Part shown: positions 20,133 through 30,424 of the stretch, piece by piece | Numbering within the stretch: position 1 is the stretch's first letter | Layout: every line of letters begins with the position of its first letter | From: an uncultured delta proteobacterium | GTDB taxonomy: Bacteria > Desulfobacterota > WTBG01 | Length of the DNA: 64,000 nucleotides | Assembly: GCA_963793865.1 (NCBI GenBank) | Contig: CAWCBP010000008.1 | Location: forward strand, 576,001 to 640,000 | Direction: 5' to 3' | The notes under the pieces: model-generated | Database searches by the model: none | Seen by the model: only the letters and a program-made list of their open reading frames with translations | What the model was told of the DNA's origin: nothing | Translations under genes and position numbers: made by a program

Positions 20133-20455
20133 GGGGTGATATACGGTGGGCTGACTTAAATCCGGTGCGGGGGCATGAGCAATCAGGCTTGCGACCGGTT
20201 TTGATCCTGAGCCACGACATATTTAATGAGCGTTCCGGTACCGTTATTGCTGTAGCCATTACCGGTCAACCGCAACGAGCGGGTTTTCCCCTTACCATGG
20301 AATTGAAGACAGCTCGTCTTCCCAAGCGATCCTGGATTAAGATAAGCCAGATTCGTACCCTTTCCGTGGAACGGATTGGGAAAATAATCGGCAAGGCATC
20401 TCCCGAAGAAATGGACCAGGTTATAGAGGGATTGAATGAAATAATCGGAGCATGA
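20117..20455 (+). CDS. PemK/MazF-family toxin
   Basis: RGDIRWADLNPVRGHEQSGLRPVLILS, QIRTLSVERI. Confidence 0.93.
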   Translation: MARILRGDIRWADLNPVRGHEQSGLRPVLILSHDIFNERSGTVIAVAITGQPQRAGFPLTMELKTARLPKRSWIKISQIRTLSVERIGKIIGKASPEEMDQVIEGLNEIIGA

Positions 20456-20523
20456 TAAGCAGATTTTTAAAAACAAGCATTCCACCTTGTAATGAAAAAC
20501 AAGTTATCTGGCGAGGAAAATAT

Positions 20524-20976
20524 ATGAGAAGGACTATGAGTGGTACGCTTGCATGCGCTATTCTTATGAGTTGCACAGCGACGGTAATAAGTCATGATGA
20601 GGATATGGCTGCAATAAGAGCTATCGAATTTTCTAGGGTTGCGCTAATTCAGCATGATATACAAAATGGCTACTCCCTTCTATCTGACAATGCGAGAAAG
20701 ACAATATCTTTCGAAGAGTACTCTAAAGCTTTTTCTCAGATGCATCCGTCTTTGTATCCCTTATCTTTAACTGCTGAAGAATTTGAACCTATGCCAGGGC
20801 AGAAAAGCATGAATATATTCCTTTATGGGGAAAACGGATCGGAAAAATTCTTCTACCGCGTTACTATGGAGGGGATAGCGAGAACAGGGTATAAAGTGTT
20901 TAGGATATATCGTGGCAATGGGCCATATCCACCGTCTAAATTGAGGCAGAAACTTAAAACGACTTACTCAACCTAG
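20524..20976 (+). CDS. hypothetical lipoprotein
   Basis: MRRTMSGTLACAILMS|C lipobox-like; AT-rich sequence. Confidence 0.6.
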   Translation: MRRTMSGTLACAILMSCTATVISHDEDMAAIRAIEFSRVALIQHDIQNGYSLLSDNARKTISFEEYSKAFSQMHPSLYPLSLTAEEFEPMPGQKSMNIFLYGENGSEKFFYRVTMEGIARTGYKVFRIYRGNGPYPPSKLRQKLKTTYST

Positions 20977-21105
20977 ATTTGCACATGTATCCCGATAACA
21001 ACCGCATATAAAGGGGGATGCTCATAAATAAGTAAATTGACAACCAACTATACTGCTGACCTACCAAAGATTTCGGTTAACCAGCCTGACCGACACTCTT
21101 ATCTC

Positions 21106-21181
21106 ATTCCGGGGACACCATACTCAATTATGGTAACGAGTTGAACACGATATTTATTATTACTTATGGTGTCCCCGGAAT
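21106..21181. repeat. 17-bp perfect inverted repeat with AT-rich spacer
   Basis: attccggggacaccata ... tatggtgtccccggaat. Confidence 0.8.
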
Positions 21182-21453
21182 ACAATAAAAGGGGACGGTG
21201 GTGAATAGGTGCATAACCAATTACCGGAAGACCGGGAACATCATGCAAGAGCACAAGAGCAGTATGGCAAGGCGCAAGTTGTCTATTCACCTACGTCCCC
21301 CCATATTCATTACTGTGGGTTTATGCAGTATTCAAATGATTGTGCCTGGGAAACAGTAAATCATAAGGCTCCCGTTATATTTATGTTTTGCACTGATGAT
21401 GCCGATAAGGGATTATATGTGATGATACAATCGTACTACAAGGGAGCCTCACC

Positions 21454-22317
21454 ATGAAACCAATACATAAAAATATACCTTTATTGCTTATTGTCATCTA
21501 TGTGCTCATAATTCCTGCCACCGCAAATGCCCTCATATGGTTGAAGGGAACATCACAATCAGGGGAACTAACGACCTCAGTTGCCATACTCATTCCTTTC
21601 CCGGCAGTCAACACTACCATCACTGAATCACGCGCCCATGATTTATTTGGCATTGCCGAGTTGGCGATAAGTGAACATGATGACATACATGAATATAACA
21701 AGCTCCAGATTTCGTTCAGTGAAGGGGACTCCATTCAGCTTCCTGTTCCCTACGGTGCATTCGGATTAAGCTATCGCCTCATGCCGAATGGTATTCCATT
21801 ATTGGGACGGGATGAATCAGATTTTTACTGGTATCTTTCGGTCGATAAAGATTCAGTAACTGCCGACATAACCACTGCGGCAGATTATTCTTTTACTATG
21901 GAGCGCGACCGGCTTATTGAATTTATAACCCCCTTTGTTCCGGAGATTGAAGCTTATGAAGATCTGATAGGTGCGGGGCCTTTCGACTTTGGCTTTTCCC
22001 TGCGTGGTGAACTCTCAGGGAAAGCAACAGTCACCAATCCAACTATTTCAGGCAGCATTGACTGCTCGATCGATCTGCCGGAAGATATGTTCACTCAGGA
22101 AATTCCAACGGAAATTCCCCTGCCCGATCACTATCAGGGCACTGTATCAATAGAAGCCACCTTTAACTGGGAAAATTGGAGCTTTTTGTTGCCGTTTGTC
22201 AGTGTCAATCTCTCAATTGTCAATAGCTTTGAAGGAAAGGAATACCCATTCGATCCCATAACCTTTGATCTTCTGCCCCGTGGCACATTCCTCCTCTGGT
22301 TTGATCGGCAAACCTAA
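21454..22317 (+). CDS. hypothetical secreted protein
   Basis: GGAG RBS, signal peptide ending ANA, 287 aa acidic; no family recognised. Confidence 0.65.
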   Translation: MKPIHKNIPLLLIVIYVLIIPATANALIWLKGTSQSGELTTSVAILIPFPAVNTTITESRAHDLFGIAELAISEHDDIHEYNKLQISFSEGDSIQLPVPYGAFGLSYRLMPNGIPLLGRDESDFYWYLSVDKDSVTADITTAADYSFTMERDRLIEFITPFVPEIEAYEDLIGAGPFDFGFSLRGELSGKATVTNPTISGSIDCSIDLPEDMFTQEIPTEIPLPDHYQGTVSIEATFNWENWSFLLPFVSVNLSIVNSFEGKEYPFDPITFDLLPRGTFLLWFDRQT

Positions 22318-22355
22318 TCCTCCCCCATCAGAGACTGTGTCGGAATTTGCGATTT

Positions 22356-22458
22356 TGTCATTTCGGGGAATCCGATAAATCTCTAAAGTAATAAAATAAA
22401 TAAGATAAGATTCTTCACGGAGCTTATCCTGAGAGCATCGGAGGGTTCGGAATGACAA
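22356..22458. repeat. degenerate GTC-type REP element
   Basis: tgtcatttcg ... cggaatgaca ends. Confidence 0.45.
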
Positions 22459-23116
22459 TGCTCCCTGTTATGGAAAAGGGGGACGTTCTTAAAAATCTAA
22501 GTTGGTAAGTTAGAGGGAATTGAAATTTAGATATTTAAGATGTACCGCTTTACGGGCGAGCCAAGTGATGGATGAAACACCGATGAACGAAATGGAGCCG
22601 AGCTATTCGTGGATGGCGAATCCTCCGAGAGTAACCTTGAGCATTCACTATACGACTAAGCTAGGTGACGAGCTTAGCTTTCACCCCCCGCGAGTTTCGT
22701 CCCGTTCAGGAAGAACAGGGATATAGAGGAGTTGATTGATCGCATAGAGAGAGCCAGGAGCTGACCAGGATATCAACGCAGATGTTCTGGAGTGTGGAGA
22801 AAACATGGGGGAATTTTTTAGTGGATTAAGAGCGATTATTATAATATCTGCTTTCGGATTATGGCTGATTTATAGAGCGCTAATGCGGGATACTGCTTTT
22901 TTGAGTGGAAACTTAAAATCCCGGTGTGGATGCTTTTGTGTGCAGGGATTTTGCTTCAAATCTTGATGGTCGTATACATCTATCTGGGGGTTAGGGCAGG
23001 GTTTTTTTAGACGTTGATAAAACAAAAAACTACAGTCAACACAACTGCTATAAAGGGTGGATCGGCAGAAAACAGTGGCTAGCGCCAGCTCATACACTTG
23101 TTATGCCTTTAAGAAA

Positions 23117-24007
23117 TCATTGCTTCTGCGCGAAGTAGTCCATCAGGTAATCTCTGAAATTGCCAAAGGGCATGTTGAATATTCTCTTCGCCTCGGTAAT
23201 GTCACAGGTGCTCCCGCCGCTGAAAGCTGAAACCAAACCCTTTGCGTTGTATCTGTCTCCGGTACAATAATCGACCGTGGCCGCGATGAATCGGGCCAGG
23301 GGAAGAGGAAGGTAGATGAACCGCACGTTTTTCCCCAGCGCCTTGCAGTAAAGCTCCCGTAATTCCTCAAAGGTATATTCATCCTCCCCGCCGATCTCAA
23401 TAATCTTTTTGGATGCTGCGGGATTGTTCAGGGCGTTGACCATGCACCTCGCGAGATCCTCAACCAGAATGGGCCGCACCCGCTCATCCCGTTTCATCAG
23501 CATGGGCGTGAAACCCCGCTTTTTAAGGCTGTTGCCAAGCAGATGCACGAGGTCGGTGGCGAGGGTGGTCACCCGGAACACGGTATAGTCCAGCCTGCTC
23601 ACCGTAAGCAGGTCTTCCACCATCTTCTTGACCTTGCCGTGTTCGAAATTGGAGAACTTGGCCAGACCCCAGTAGCTGACGAAAATGTATTTTTTAACCG
23701 CGTTGGCCTGGGCGAGCCGGATCAGTGAGAGGTTGCCTCCGTAATCGACTTCCCAGAAGTCACCGGCGGTTTTCGGGGGAAGCCTGGTGGTGAAGGAGCT
23801 TATCACCGCGTCAATGCCGGCCATTGCTTCCGCCAGCGCCGCGCCGTCGCGCACATCCCCTTGCACGAGCTCCGCCCCGAGCGTTCTGAGTCGAGTGGTA
23901 TCGGCAGTTTTTCTGACCAGGCAGCGGAAGGGGATTGCCTGGTCAGAAAGCGCGTTCGCTACCGCTCCACCCAACTTGCCTGTCCCTCCTACCAGAAGAA
24001 CCTTCAT
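23117..24007 (-). CDS. atypical SDR / NmrA-like NAD(P)-binding protein
   Basis: LLVGGTGKLG, VQGDV, VDYGGN. Confidence 0.85.
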   Translation of the reverse strand: MKVLLVGGTGKLGGAVANALSDQAIPFRCLVRKTADTTRLRTLGAELVQGDVRDGAALAEAMAGIDAVISSFTTRLPPKTAGDFWEVDYGGNLSLIRLAQANAVKKYIFVSYWGLAKFSNFEHGKVKKMVEDLLTVSRLDYTVFRVTTLATDLVHLLGNSLKKRGFTPMLMKRDERVRPILVEDLARCMVNALNNPAASKKIIEIGGEDEYTFEELRELYCKALGKNVRFIYLPLPLARFIAATVDYCTGDRYNAKGLVSAFSGGSTCDITEAKRIFNMPFGNFRDYLMDYFAQKQ

Positions 24008-24272
24008 AGTCTCCTCACACCAGAGTTGCATTATTAGTCTTCATCTTCCGCCGGTCCGGTCTCCATGTGCCCGGTACTGCCACGATTGTCGCTGCCGTCT
24101 TGTGCCTACCACCATAAGATTATGGATGCAAGCTAAATTGCAGCGTTTTTTCTTATGTACATTTTAAAAATCCGGCATATAATCAATAATAATTCATGAG
24201 GTGAACGCGCTGAAGAACCGTGTGTGATCGGCGCCACAGGGCGCCACCAACCTCAGGGGAAAGGAGACGGGT

Positions 24273-24962
24273 ATGAAAAGCTATGCTGCGGAGTTCTTCG
24301 GGACATTCTGGCTGGTTCTCGGAGGGTGCGGAAGCGCGGTGCTGGCCGCCGCGTTTCCGGATGTGGGCATCGGCCTGCTCGGGGTGGCGCTGGCATTCGG
24401 CCTCACCGTGCTGACCATGGCCTACGCCATCGGGCACATATCCGGCTGCCACCTCAACCCGGCGGTTTCTGTCGGTCTGTGGGCCGGCGGGCGCTTCCCG
24501 GGGAGTCAATTGCTGCCGTATATCATTGCTCAGGTTGTCGGTGCTGTCGTTGCCGGTGGTGTTCTTTTCCTCATCGCCAGCGGCAAGGCGGGCTTCGATG
24601 TGCTGGCCGGATTTGCGTCCAACGGGTACGGCGCCCATTCTCCCGGCGGCTATTCCCTGTTCGCGGCCTTTGTTTCAGAAGTGGTCATGACCATGATGTT
24701 TCTGCTGGTCATTCTCGGCTCGACCGATAAACGGGCGCCGCAGGGCATGGCGCCCATCGCCATAGGTCTCTGCCTTACCCTGATTCACCTCATCAGCATT
24801 CCGGTGACCAATACCTCGGTAAACCCCGCGCGCAGCACGGGCGTGGCGTTGTATGTCGGAGATTGGGCGGTGGGGCAGCTCTGGCTGTTCTGGGTGGCGC
24901 CGATCATCGGCGGCATCATCGGCGCAGGCATTTACCGGTTCATCGGCGGGACGAAGAGTTAG
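24273..24962 (+). CDS. aqpZ: aquaporin Z
   Basis: [38 protein letters not shown]. Confidence 0.97.
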   Translation: MKSYAAEFFGTFWLVLGGCGSAVLAAAFPDVGIGLLGVALAFGLTVLTMAYAIGHISGCHLNPAVSVGLWAGGRFPGSQLLPYIIAQVVGAVVAGGVLFLIASGKAGFDVLAGFASNGYGAHSPGGYSLFAAFVSEVVMTMMFLLVILGSTDKRAPQGMAPIAIGLCLTLIHLISIPVTNTSVNPARSTGVALYVGDWAVGQLWLFWVAPIIGGIIGAGIYRFIGGTKS

Positions 24963-25082
24963 TTTGCACCGCGAATGTAGATTTTCTGCCCGGGCAGGCG
25001 CGGCAGGCTGCCACGCTTGCCCGCAGAAGGGCTTCCTTGTACTTAATCGACGGCTAATGGAGAATAAAGGCGGAGGTTCACG

Positions 25083-25325
25083 ATGGACATTGATGCGGTC
25101 CGGGCATTCTTTATGTGGTGCACAATCATCAATGGAGGATTGTTCATCCTTTCTTTTTTCATCACTGCCTTTGCCGGTGATTGGGTGTACCGGATGAACA
25201 GCACATGGTATCAGATTCCGAGGGAGACCTTCAACGTGGTCATTTACACCCTTATCGGTTTGTTCAAGATATTTGTGATGGTTTTTAATGTCGTTCCCTA
25301 TATAGCGCTGGTAATCATCGGATGA
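25083..25325 (+). CDS. small membrane protein (DUF6868-like)
   Basis: FFMWCTIIN...FKIFVMVFNVVPYIAL; GGAGG RBS. Confidence 0.7.
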   Translation: MDIDAVRAFFMWCTIINGGLFILSFFITAFAGDWVYRMNSTWYQIPRETFNVVIYTLIGLFKIFVMVFNVVPYIALVIIG

Positions 25326-25501
25326 GACAAGCTCAGTCGGACGAGCACCATGAAAGGAGACAGCACAAATCATATGGCGTGGACCCGGTCCGGGTCAGGC
25401 AAGCGCATGGGCACCAGGGCCGGATTATTTCCCTTTATGTAACCAAGAAACCTGCCGATACTACATAAACGATAGATTGTACCAGGGGCAGGGAGGAAAC
25501 G

Positions 25502-26935
25502 ATGTACGCTAAAAGAAATTGCATAACCATTATCTTTTTGATGGGCTTGTGGGCCGTTCTGGTGAGCATTAATGCGCCGGCTGCGGATTGGAACCTTGAA
25601 ACTCTGGACAATCTTTCCAGCGTTGGATCCCATACCAGTCTTGCGCTTGACAGTGCAGGCAATCCGCACATCAGCTACCATGACGAAACAAATCGCGATT
25701 TAAAGTATGCTTCTTATGATGGGCGTGAGTGGAATACGGAGACGATTGACCGGATCAACCTGGTGGGGCAGTACACCTCGATTGCACTTGACGGCGAAGA
25801 CCGGCCGCACATCAGCTATTATGATGCCACGGTCAGTGCTTTGAAATATGCCTTTTTTGACGGGAGCGAGTGGCGGATAGAAGCGGTTGACAGCCTGAAC
25901 CTGGTGGGGCAGTACACCTCGATTGCACTTGACGGCGAAGACCGGCCGCACATCAGCTATTATGATGCCACGGTCAGCGCTTTGAAATATGCCTTTTTTG
26001 ACGGGAGCGAGTGGCGGATAGAAACGGTTGACAGCCTGAACCTGGTGGGGCAGTACACTTCGATAGCCATTGACGGCGAAGACCGTCCGCACATCAGCTA
26101 TTATGATGCCACCAACCGTGATTTGAAATATGCTTTTTTCGATGGGGAAGCATGGCACACGGATGCGGTTGACAGCGTTAATCTGGTCGGGAAATACACC
26201 TCGCTCGCGCTTGACAACCTGGGTAATCCGCACATCAGCTATTATGATGAAACCAACCGGGATTTACGGTACGCCTTTTTCGACGGGACAATCTGGCAGA
26301 AAGGGACGGTGGACAGCGTTAACGCGGTGGGGCAGTACACGTCGCTTGCGCTTGACAACCTGGGTAATCCGCACATCAGTTACTATGATGAAACCAACCG
26401 GGATTTACGGTATGCCTTTTTCGACGGGACAATCTGGCAGAAAGGGACGGTGGACAGCGTTAACGCGGTGGGGCAGTACACGTCGCTCGCGCTTGACCGC
26501 ACCAGCCGCCCTCGCATCAGCTACTATGATGCGACCAACGCTGATTTAAAATATGCATCTCCGGTTCCAACTTCGACCACCACCATCGGCCCCTCCACCA
26601 CGACCACCGCCGTGTCAGGCCCAAGCATTGACTTGAGGCCGTCCGCCGTATTTCAGGCGCGATTTATCGCTACCCTGTGGCGGTTGAGAGTTGAGGGGAC
26701 CAATACCTCCTTTGCCAGCGATGACTCAGTGATAACTTTCCAGCCGGCCAGCACAGTGATGCTCCTCCCGCCCCTGGTGGTGGATGATGATACCATTTTT
26801 ATGTTTATCTACCTGATGCCACGGTTGCTCACCGGGCCGCTTGACAGCGTGGAGGTGACCGTCACCACCGGAGACGAAGCGGTTTCTGAGGATCTCGGGA
26901 TTTTGCTCCTGCCATTTTTCCTCGAGGAAGGCTGA
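25502..26935 (+). CDS. secreted 7-repeat beta-propeller protein with Thr linker and C-terminal domain
   Basis: signal peptide; seven 47-aa repeats W..E.VD....VGQYTSIALD...PHISYYD....LKYA. Confidence 0.85.
   Translation: MYAKRNCITIIFLMGLWAVLVSINAPAADWNLETLDNLSSVGSHTSLALDSAGNPHISYHDETNRDLKYASYDGREWNTETIDRINLVGQYTSIALDGEDRPHISYYDATVSALKYAFFDGSEWRIEAVDSLNLVGQYTSIALDGEDRPHISYYDATVSALKYAFFDGSEWRIETVDSLNLVGQYTSIAIDGEDRPHISYYDATNRDLKYAFFDGEAWHTDAVDSVNLVGKYTSLALDNLGNPHISYYDETNRDLRYAFFDGTIWQKGTVDSVNAVGQYTSLALDNLGNPHISYYDETNRDLRYAFFDGTIWQKGTVDSVNAVGQYTSLALDRTSRPRISYYDATNADLKYASPVPTSTTTIGPSTTTTAVSGPSIDLRPSAVFQARFIATLWRLRVEGTNTSFASDDSVITFQPASTVMLLPPLVVDDDTIFMFIYLMPRLLTGPLDSVEVTVTTGDEAVSEDLGILLLPFFLEEG
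25589..26560 (+). repeat. intragenic tandem repeat, 7 x 141 bp
   Basis: tggcggatag recurs at 25871 and 26012; adjacent units near-identical in DNA. Confidence 0.9.
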
Positions 26936-27060
26936 AACAGCGGAGCACTGCGCGGGAACCGGAATTCCGCAACAGTTCTCCCGAAATATAACCGGGCTGC
27001 TATACCATAAAGGCCTTGACGCCGCTTGTGATACTGTGTATACATTCAGAAACATTTCTG

Positions 27061-27215
27061 GCAGGCGGTTGAAAACCACCCATCTGCTGCGTTGCGCTCA
27101 TCCTTCGTCATTGCGACGTACCGGAACGTACGCCTCATTCCTCAGGATTTCGCGTGCCTTGCATCTGGATGTTTTTGAACCGCCTGCGGCAAAATACTTT
27201 TTAAACAATCTGCTA
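27061..27215 (+). mobile_element. MITE-like element, copy 2
   Basis: gcaggcggttgaaaac...gtttttgaaccgcctgc plus second end actttttaaacaatctgcta. Confidence 0.8.
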
Positions 27216-27237
27216 CACAGTGAAAGGCGGTGAGATT

Positions 27238-27423
27238 ATGGGTGCAGAGTCATTACAGCAGTTGATAGACCTGGCTAAAAGCCTTGAGGAAGATAATCAG
27301 AAGTTTTATGCCGGCAACAACGCGGCAGGCACCAGGTTGCGCAAGGGACTTCAGGAAGTCAAGAAGCTTTCTCAATCCATGAGAAATGAGATTACCGTAA
27401 CCAAGGCATCCCGCAAGGGATAG
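27238..27423 (+). CDS. histone H1-like protein, Hc1 family
   Basis: KFYAGNNAAGTRLRKGLQEVKKLSQSMRNEI. Confidence 0.85.
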   Translation: MGAESLQQLIDLAKSLEEDNQKFYAGNNAAGTRLRKGLQEVKKLSQSMRNEITVTKASRKG

Positions 27424-27461
27424 CAGGTTGCAGTGCACAAAAACAGGGGCCGGAAGGCCCC

Positions 27462-28925
27462 TTATGCATATGCGCCGGTCGCGATCTTGCGGAGCGCTCC
27501 AAGCAGAATCTTCCAGAAGGTGGCGACGCTTTTGATGCTGACAGCCTCGGCTGGAGAGTGGGCATTGATGATATCGGGACCGAATGATATCATATCCATG
27601 CCCTTATATTTTTCACCGATTACGCCGCACTCAAGTCCCGCGTGAGTTGCCGTCCGTTCAGGTTTTCTGCCGCAGATCTCTTCATAGGTTTTCTCTAAAA
27701 CGGTTAGAATTTTAGAATCAGGGTTGGGATGCCATCCGGGGTAGGGCGTTTCCAGCTCGTACCTGCCTCCCGCCAGGCTGCTGACGGCCGCGATCTGGTC
27801 CATGGTCGCATACAGCGCCTGGGGTAAAGAGGATCGGGGAGTATTGTGCACCGTGAGCAGGTTATCGCGTATGTGCGCGGAAGCCAGGTTGCTGGATGTT
27901 TCCACCAGGCCGGGCATCTGCCGGCTCATTGCCAACACACCGTGAGGCAATGCCACAAGCAGGTTCAGGGCAGCAGCGGAAGATGGCCCGCTTGCAACTC
28001 CGGCCGGCAGGTCAGTTTCCTCGCAGTTCATCTGCATGGCTGATTCATGGGCAAACTCGGCTGAAAAAGCATGGTATCGGGTGTTGATGATCTCCCGGGC
28101 GGCAGGCAGTTGCTTTGCCGGAAGCACCACGGTGGCAAAGCTCTCGCGGGGGATGGCATTGTGCTTGTCGCCGCCCTGGAAATCGGCAAGCAGGGCTCCA
28201 TACTCTTTCAGCGCCAGGACAAGCCGCGCCATTAATTTAACGGCATTGGCCCGGTTTTCATGAATGTCCAGGCCTGAATGGCCGCCCCGCAGACCGGTCA
28301 GCGTCAGGGCGAGCGCGGTGGATTGTGCCGGTGTGTCCGTCATGGTGAGCGGGAGGAGGATGCTGACCCCCCCGCCTCCCGCGCAGCCGATGCAGAGGTG
28401 ATCGCTTTTTTCTGAATCCAGGTTAAGCAGGATGCGTCCGCTGATGAGCGAAGGCGAAAGGTTGACTGCCCCGGTCAGGCCCGTTTCCTCGTCGACGGTG
28501 AGCAGGATTTCAAGCGGTCCGTGCAGGATGTCATTGGATACGGCTACCGCCATCGCCGCGGCTATCCCGATGCCGTTGTCAGCCCCGAGGCTCGTGCCCT
28601 CCGCCCGTATCCAGTCGCCGTCGCGCACCAGGCGTATGACATCTTTTGAAAAATCAAAGTCAACCGAGGCATTCTTTTCACAGACCATGTCCAGGTGACT
28701 CTGGAGCACCACCGCGGGCGCCTTGTCGCATCCGGGAGAGGGGGGTACAGCGATGCAAAGGTTTCCAACATCATCCTGCCTGACAGCCAATCCGGCGTTT
28801 ACCGCGACCAGCCGCAGATGAGATGCCAGGGCTGTCTCGTTTTTTGACCCGTGCGGTATGGCGGCAATCCGGGCGAAGAAATCCCAGAGCTGTTCGGGCG
28901 CCAGACCCTTTATTGCTTCCGACAT
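27462..28925 (-). CDS. pepD: aminoacyl-histidine dipeptidase (M20)
   Basis: LQSHLDMVCEK, LGADNGIG, VDEETGL, GGHSG, HAGLECG, HSP. Confidence 0.95.
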   Translation of the reverse strand: MSEAIKGLAPEQLWDFFARIAAIPHGSKNETALASHLRLVAVNAGLAVRQDDVGNLCIAVPPSPGCDKAPAVVLQSHLDMVCEKNASVDFDFSKDVIRLVRDGDWIRAEGTSLGADNGIGIAAAMAVAVSNDILHGPLEILLTVDEETGLTGAVNLSPSLISGRILLNLDSEKSDHLCIGCAGGGGVSILLPLTMTDTPAQSTALALTLTGLRGGHSGLDIHENRANAVKLMARLVLALKEYGALLADFQGGDKHNAIPRESFATVVLPAKQLPAAREIINTRYHAFSAEFAHESAMQMNCEETDLPAGVASGPSSAAALNLLVALPHGVLAMSRQMPGLVETSSNLASAHIRDNLLTVHNTPRSSLPQALYATMDQIAAVSSLAGGRYELETPYPGWHPNPDSKILTVLEKTYEEICGRKPERTATHAGLECGVIGEKYKGMDMISFGPDIINAHSPAEAVSIKSVATFWKILLGALRKIATGAYA

Positions 28926-29051
28926 ACTGTTTACCCGCGCTTGGATGAAAGAGGTGCAGGGCTTGAAGAATCTATTGGATTTTCCCTGCTGTACAGGCTG
29001 CTACCTATCAGATTCACGGATACAAATCAACACCAAATCAGCGCGGGAGTG

Positions 29052-29140
29052 TTGGAACATGGTTTGCAATGGTGATGCCGCCCGCGGCGGAAGGCAGTGC
29101 CAAGAAAAGGTTTGACATGTATCACCTCTTACCCTATAGT
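29052..29140 (+). promoter_or_regulatory. candidate sigma54 and sigma70 promoters of the PPIase gene
   Basis: TTGGAACATGGTTTGCA (GG-N10-GC) and TTGACA-17-TATAGT at 29112-29140. Confidence 0.5.
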
Positions 29141-29259
29141 GTCCTATTGCGTGCGCCCGAATTTTTGAAAAACTCGGGAATACATCGGCGCGGCGCTTGC
29201 AAACGCAGGGAAGTGCGCGGCCGCGAACAACATGCACAAACAGTGCAATGAGGAGGCGT

Positions 29260-30309
29260 ATGATGAAACGGTCAGATGGCGTGATGCGGTCCGGTAGCAG
29301 TCGGTTGGGAATCTTTTGCCTGCAGGTGCTCTTAATTGCAGGGCTTGCCGGCGCACCGGGATGGGCTGCGGAAAAAGCTTCCGCACCGGTTCAGGCAGGG
29401 GCGGGGAAAACCATCGTGGAAGTAAACGGCCTTCCGCTTACCCAGGGTGAGGTCGACCAGAAAGTGAACCGAACGCTTGAATCGCTTAAAGATCAGATTC
29501 CCCCGGATCAGCTGGAAGAATTCAAAAAAAACATCCAGGGCAAGATTGTCGATGACTTCGTAAACCGCACCATCATCTCGCAGGAAATGGATAAGCAGAA
29601 AATTGCGGTTGATGAAAGCGAGGTGCAGAAGGCGTTGAGCGAGGTTGAGGCCAAGGTGCCCCAGGGAATGACCCTCGAGGCCATGCTCAAGCAGGGAGGG
29701 GTGACCATGGAGGAGATGCGCGACAATATCAAGTTTTCGTTGCGCGCCAACAAGCTTTTTGAATCACAGGTTAAATCCGATTATGTGCCGACAGCCGATG
29801 AAGTAAGCACGTATTATAACGAGAACAAGAAGAAGTATGACATGCCCGAGTCAGTGCACGCGCGGCACATCCTCTTGAAAGTGGATGAAAATGCCGATGA
29901 AAAAACCAAGGCCGAGAAGAAGCAAAAGATCGAGGATCTGCGCAAGCAGCTGGTTGGAGGTGCCGATTTCGCCAAGCTGGCCGGTGAGCAGTCGGATTGC
30001 CCGAGCAAGACGAATGGCGGCGATCTGGGCACGTTCCCGCGCGGCAGAATGGTCAAGCCGTTTGAGGATGCCGCATTCAGCCAGAAGGTGAATGAAATCG
30101 GCCCGGTGGTTCAAACGCAGTTCGGCTATCACATCATCCAGGTGCTGGAGCATAGCCAGCCCAAGCAGAAATCCCTCGATGAGGTCAAAGGCTCGATAGA
30201 AGAGATGCTGAAAAACAAGAAACGCCAGGAGAGCGCTCAGAATTACATGGAGGGGCTGAAGCAGAAGGCTAAAATCGTTTACCCCTCCGCTGAGGGCGCC
30301 AAGAAGTAG
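29260..30309 (+). CDS. parvulin-type peptidyl-prolyl isomerase (SurA/PrsA-like)
   Basis: signal peptide; [35 protein letters not shown]. Confidence 0.92.
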   Translation: MMKRSDGVMRSGSSRLGIFCLQVLLIAGLAGAPGWAAEKASAPVQAGAGKTIVEVNGLPLTQGEVDQKVNRTLESLKDQIPPDQLEEFKKNIQGKIVDDFVNRTIISQEMDKQKIAVDESEVQKALSEVEAKVPQGMTLEAMLKQGGVTMEEMRDNIKFSLRANKLFESQVKSDYVPTADEVSTYYNENKKKYDMPESVHARHILLKVDENADEKTKAEKKQKIEDLRKQLVGGADFAKLAGEQSDCPSKTNGGDLGTFPRGRMVKPFEDAAFSQKVNEIGPVVQTQFGYHIIQVLEHSQPKQKSLDEVKGSIEEMLKNKKRQESAQNYMEGLKQKAKIVYPSAEGAKK

Positions 30310-30358
30310 CCTCGTCAGCCGCACAGTGCAGTACAGGTTCCGGTTCGGAAACCGACAC

Positions 30359-30398
30359 AAAGCCCGACAGCTTGGAAAGAAGCTGCCGGGCTTTTATT
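30359..30398. terminator. bidirectional terminator
   Basis: aaagcccgacagctt...aagctgccgggctttt between convergent genes. Confidence 0.6.
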
Positions 30399-30424
30399 GT
30401 GGCTGCCGTTTGATCAGCCGTTCG

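Noticed and set aside
22460..23110. Small genes or ncRNA in the AT-rich gap
   Set aside because: No convincing RBS, motif or recognisable RNA structure
25589..26560. CRISPR array or DGR template/variable repeat
   Set aside because: Units are contiguous, in frame and lack spacers; differences are not adenine-specific; no cas or RT gene is present
27036..27233. Short ORFs over MITE copies (also 17746-18000 and the tail of 63330-63761)
   Set aside because: Translations of the repeated element, not genes
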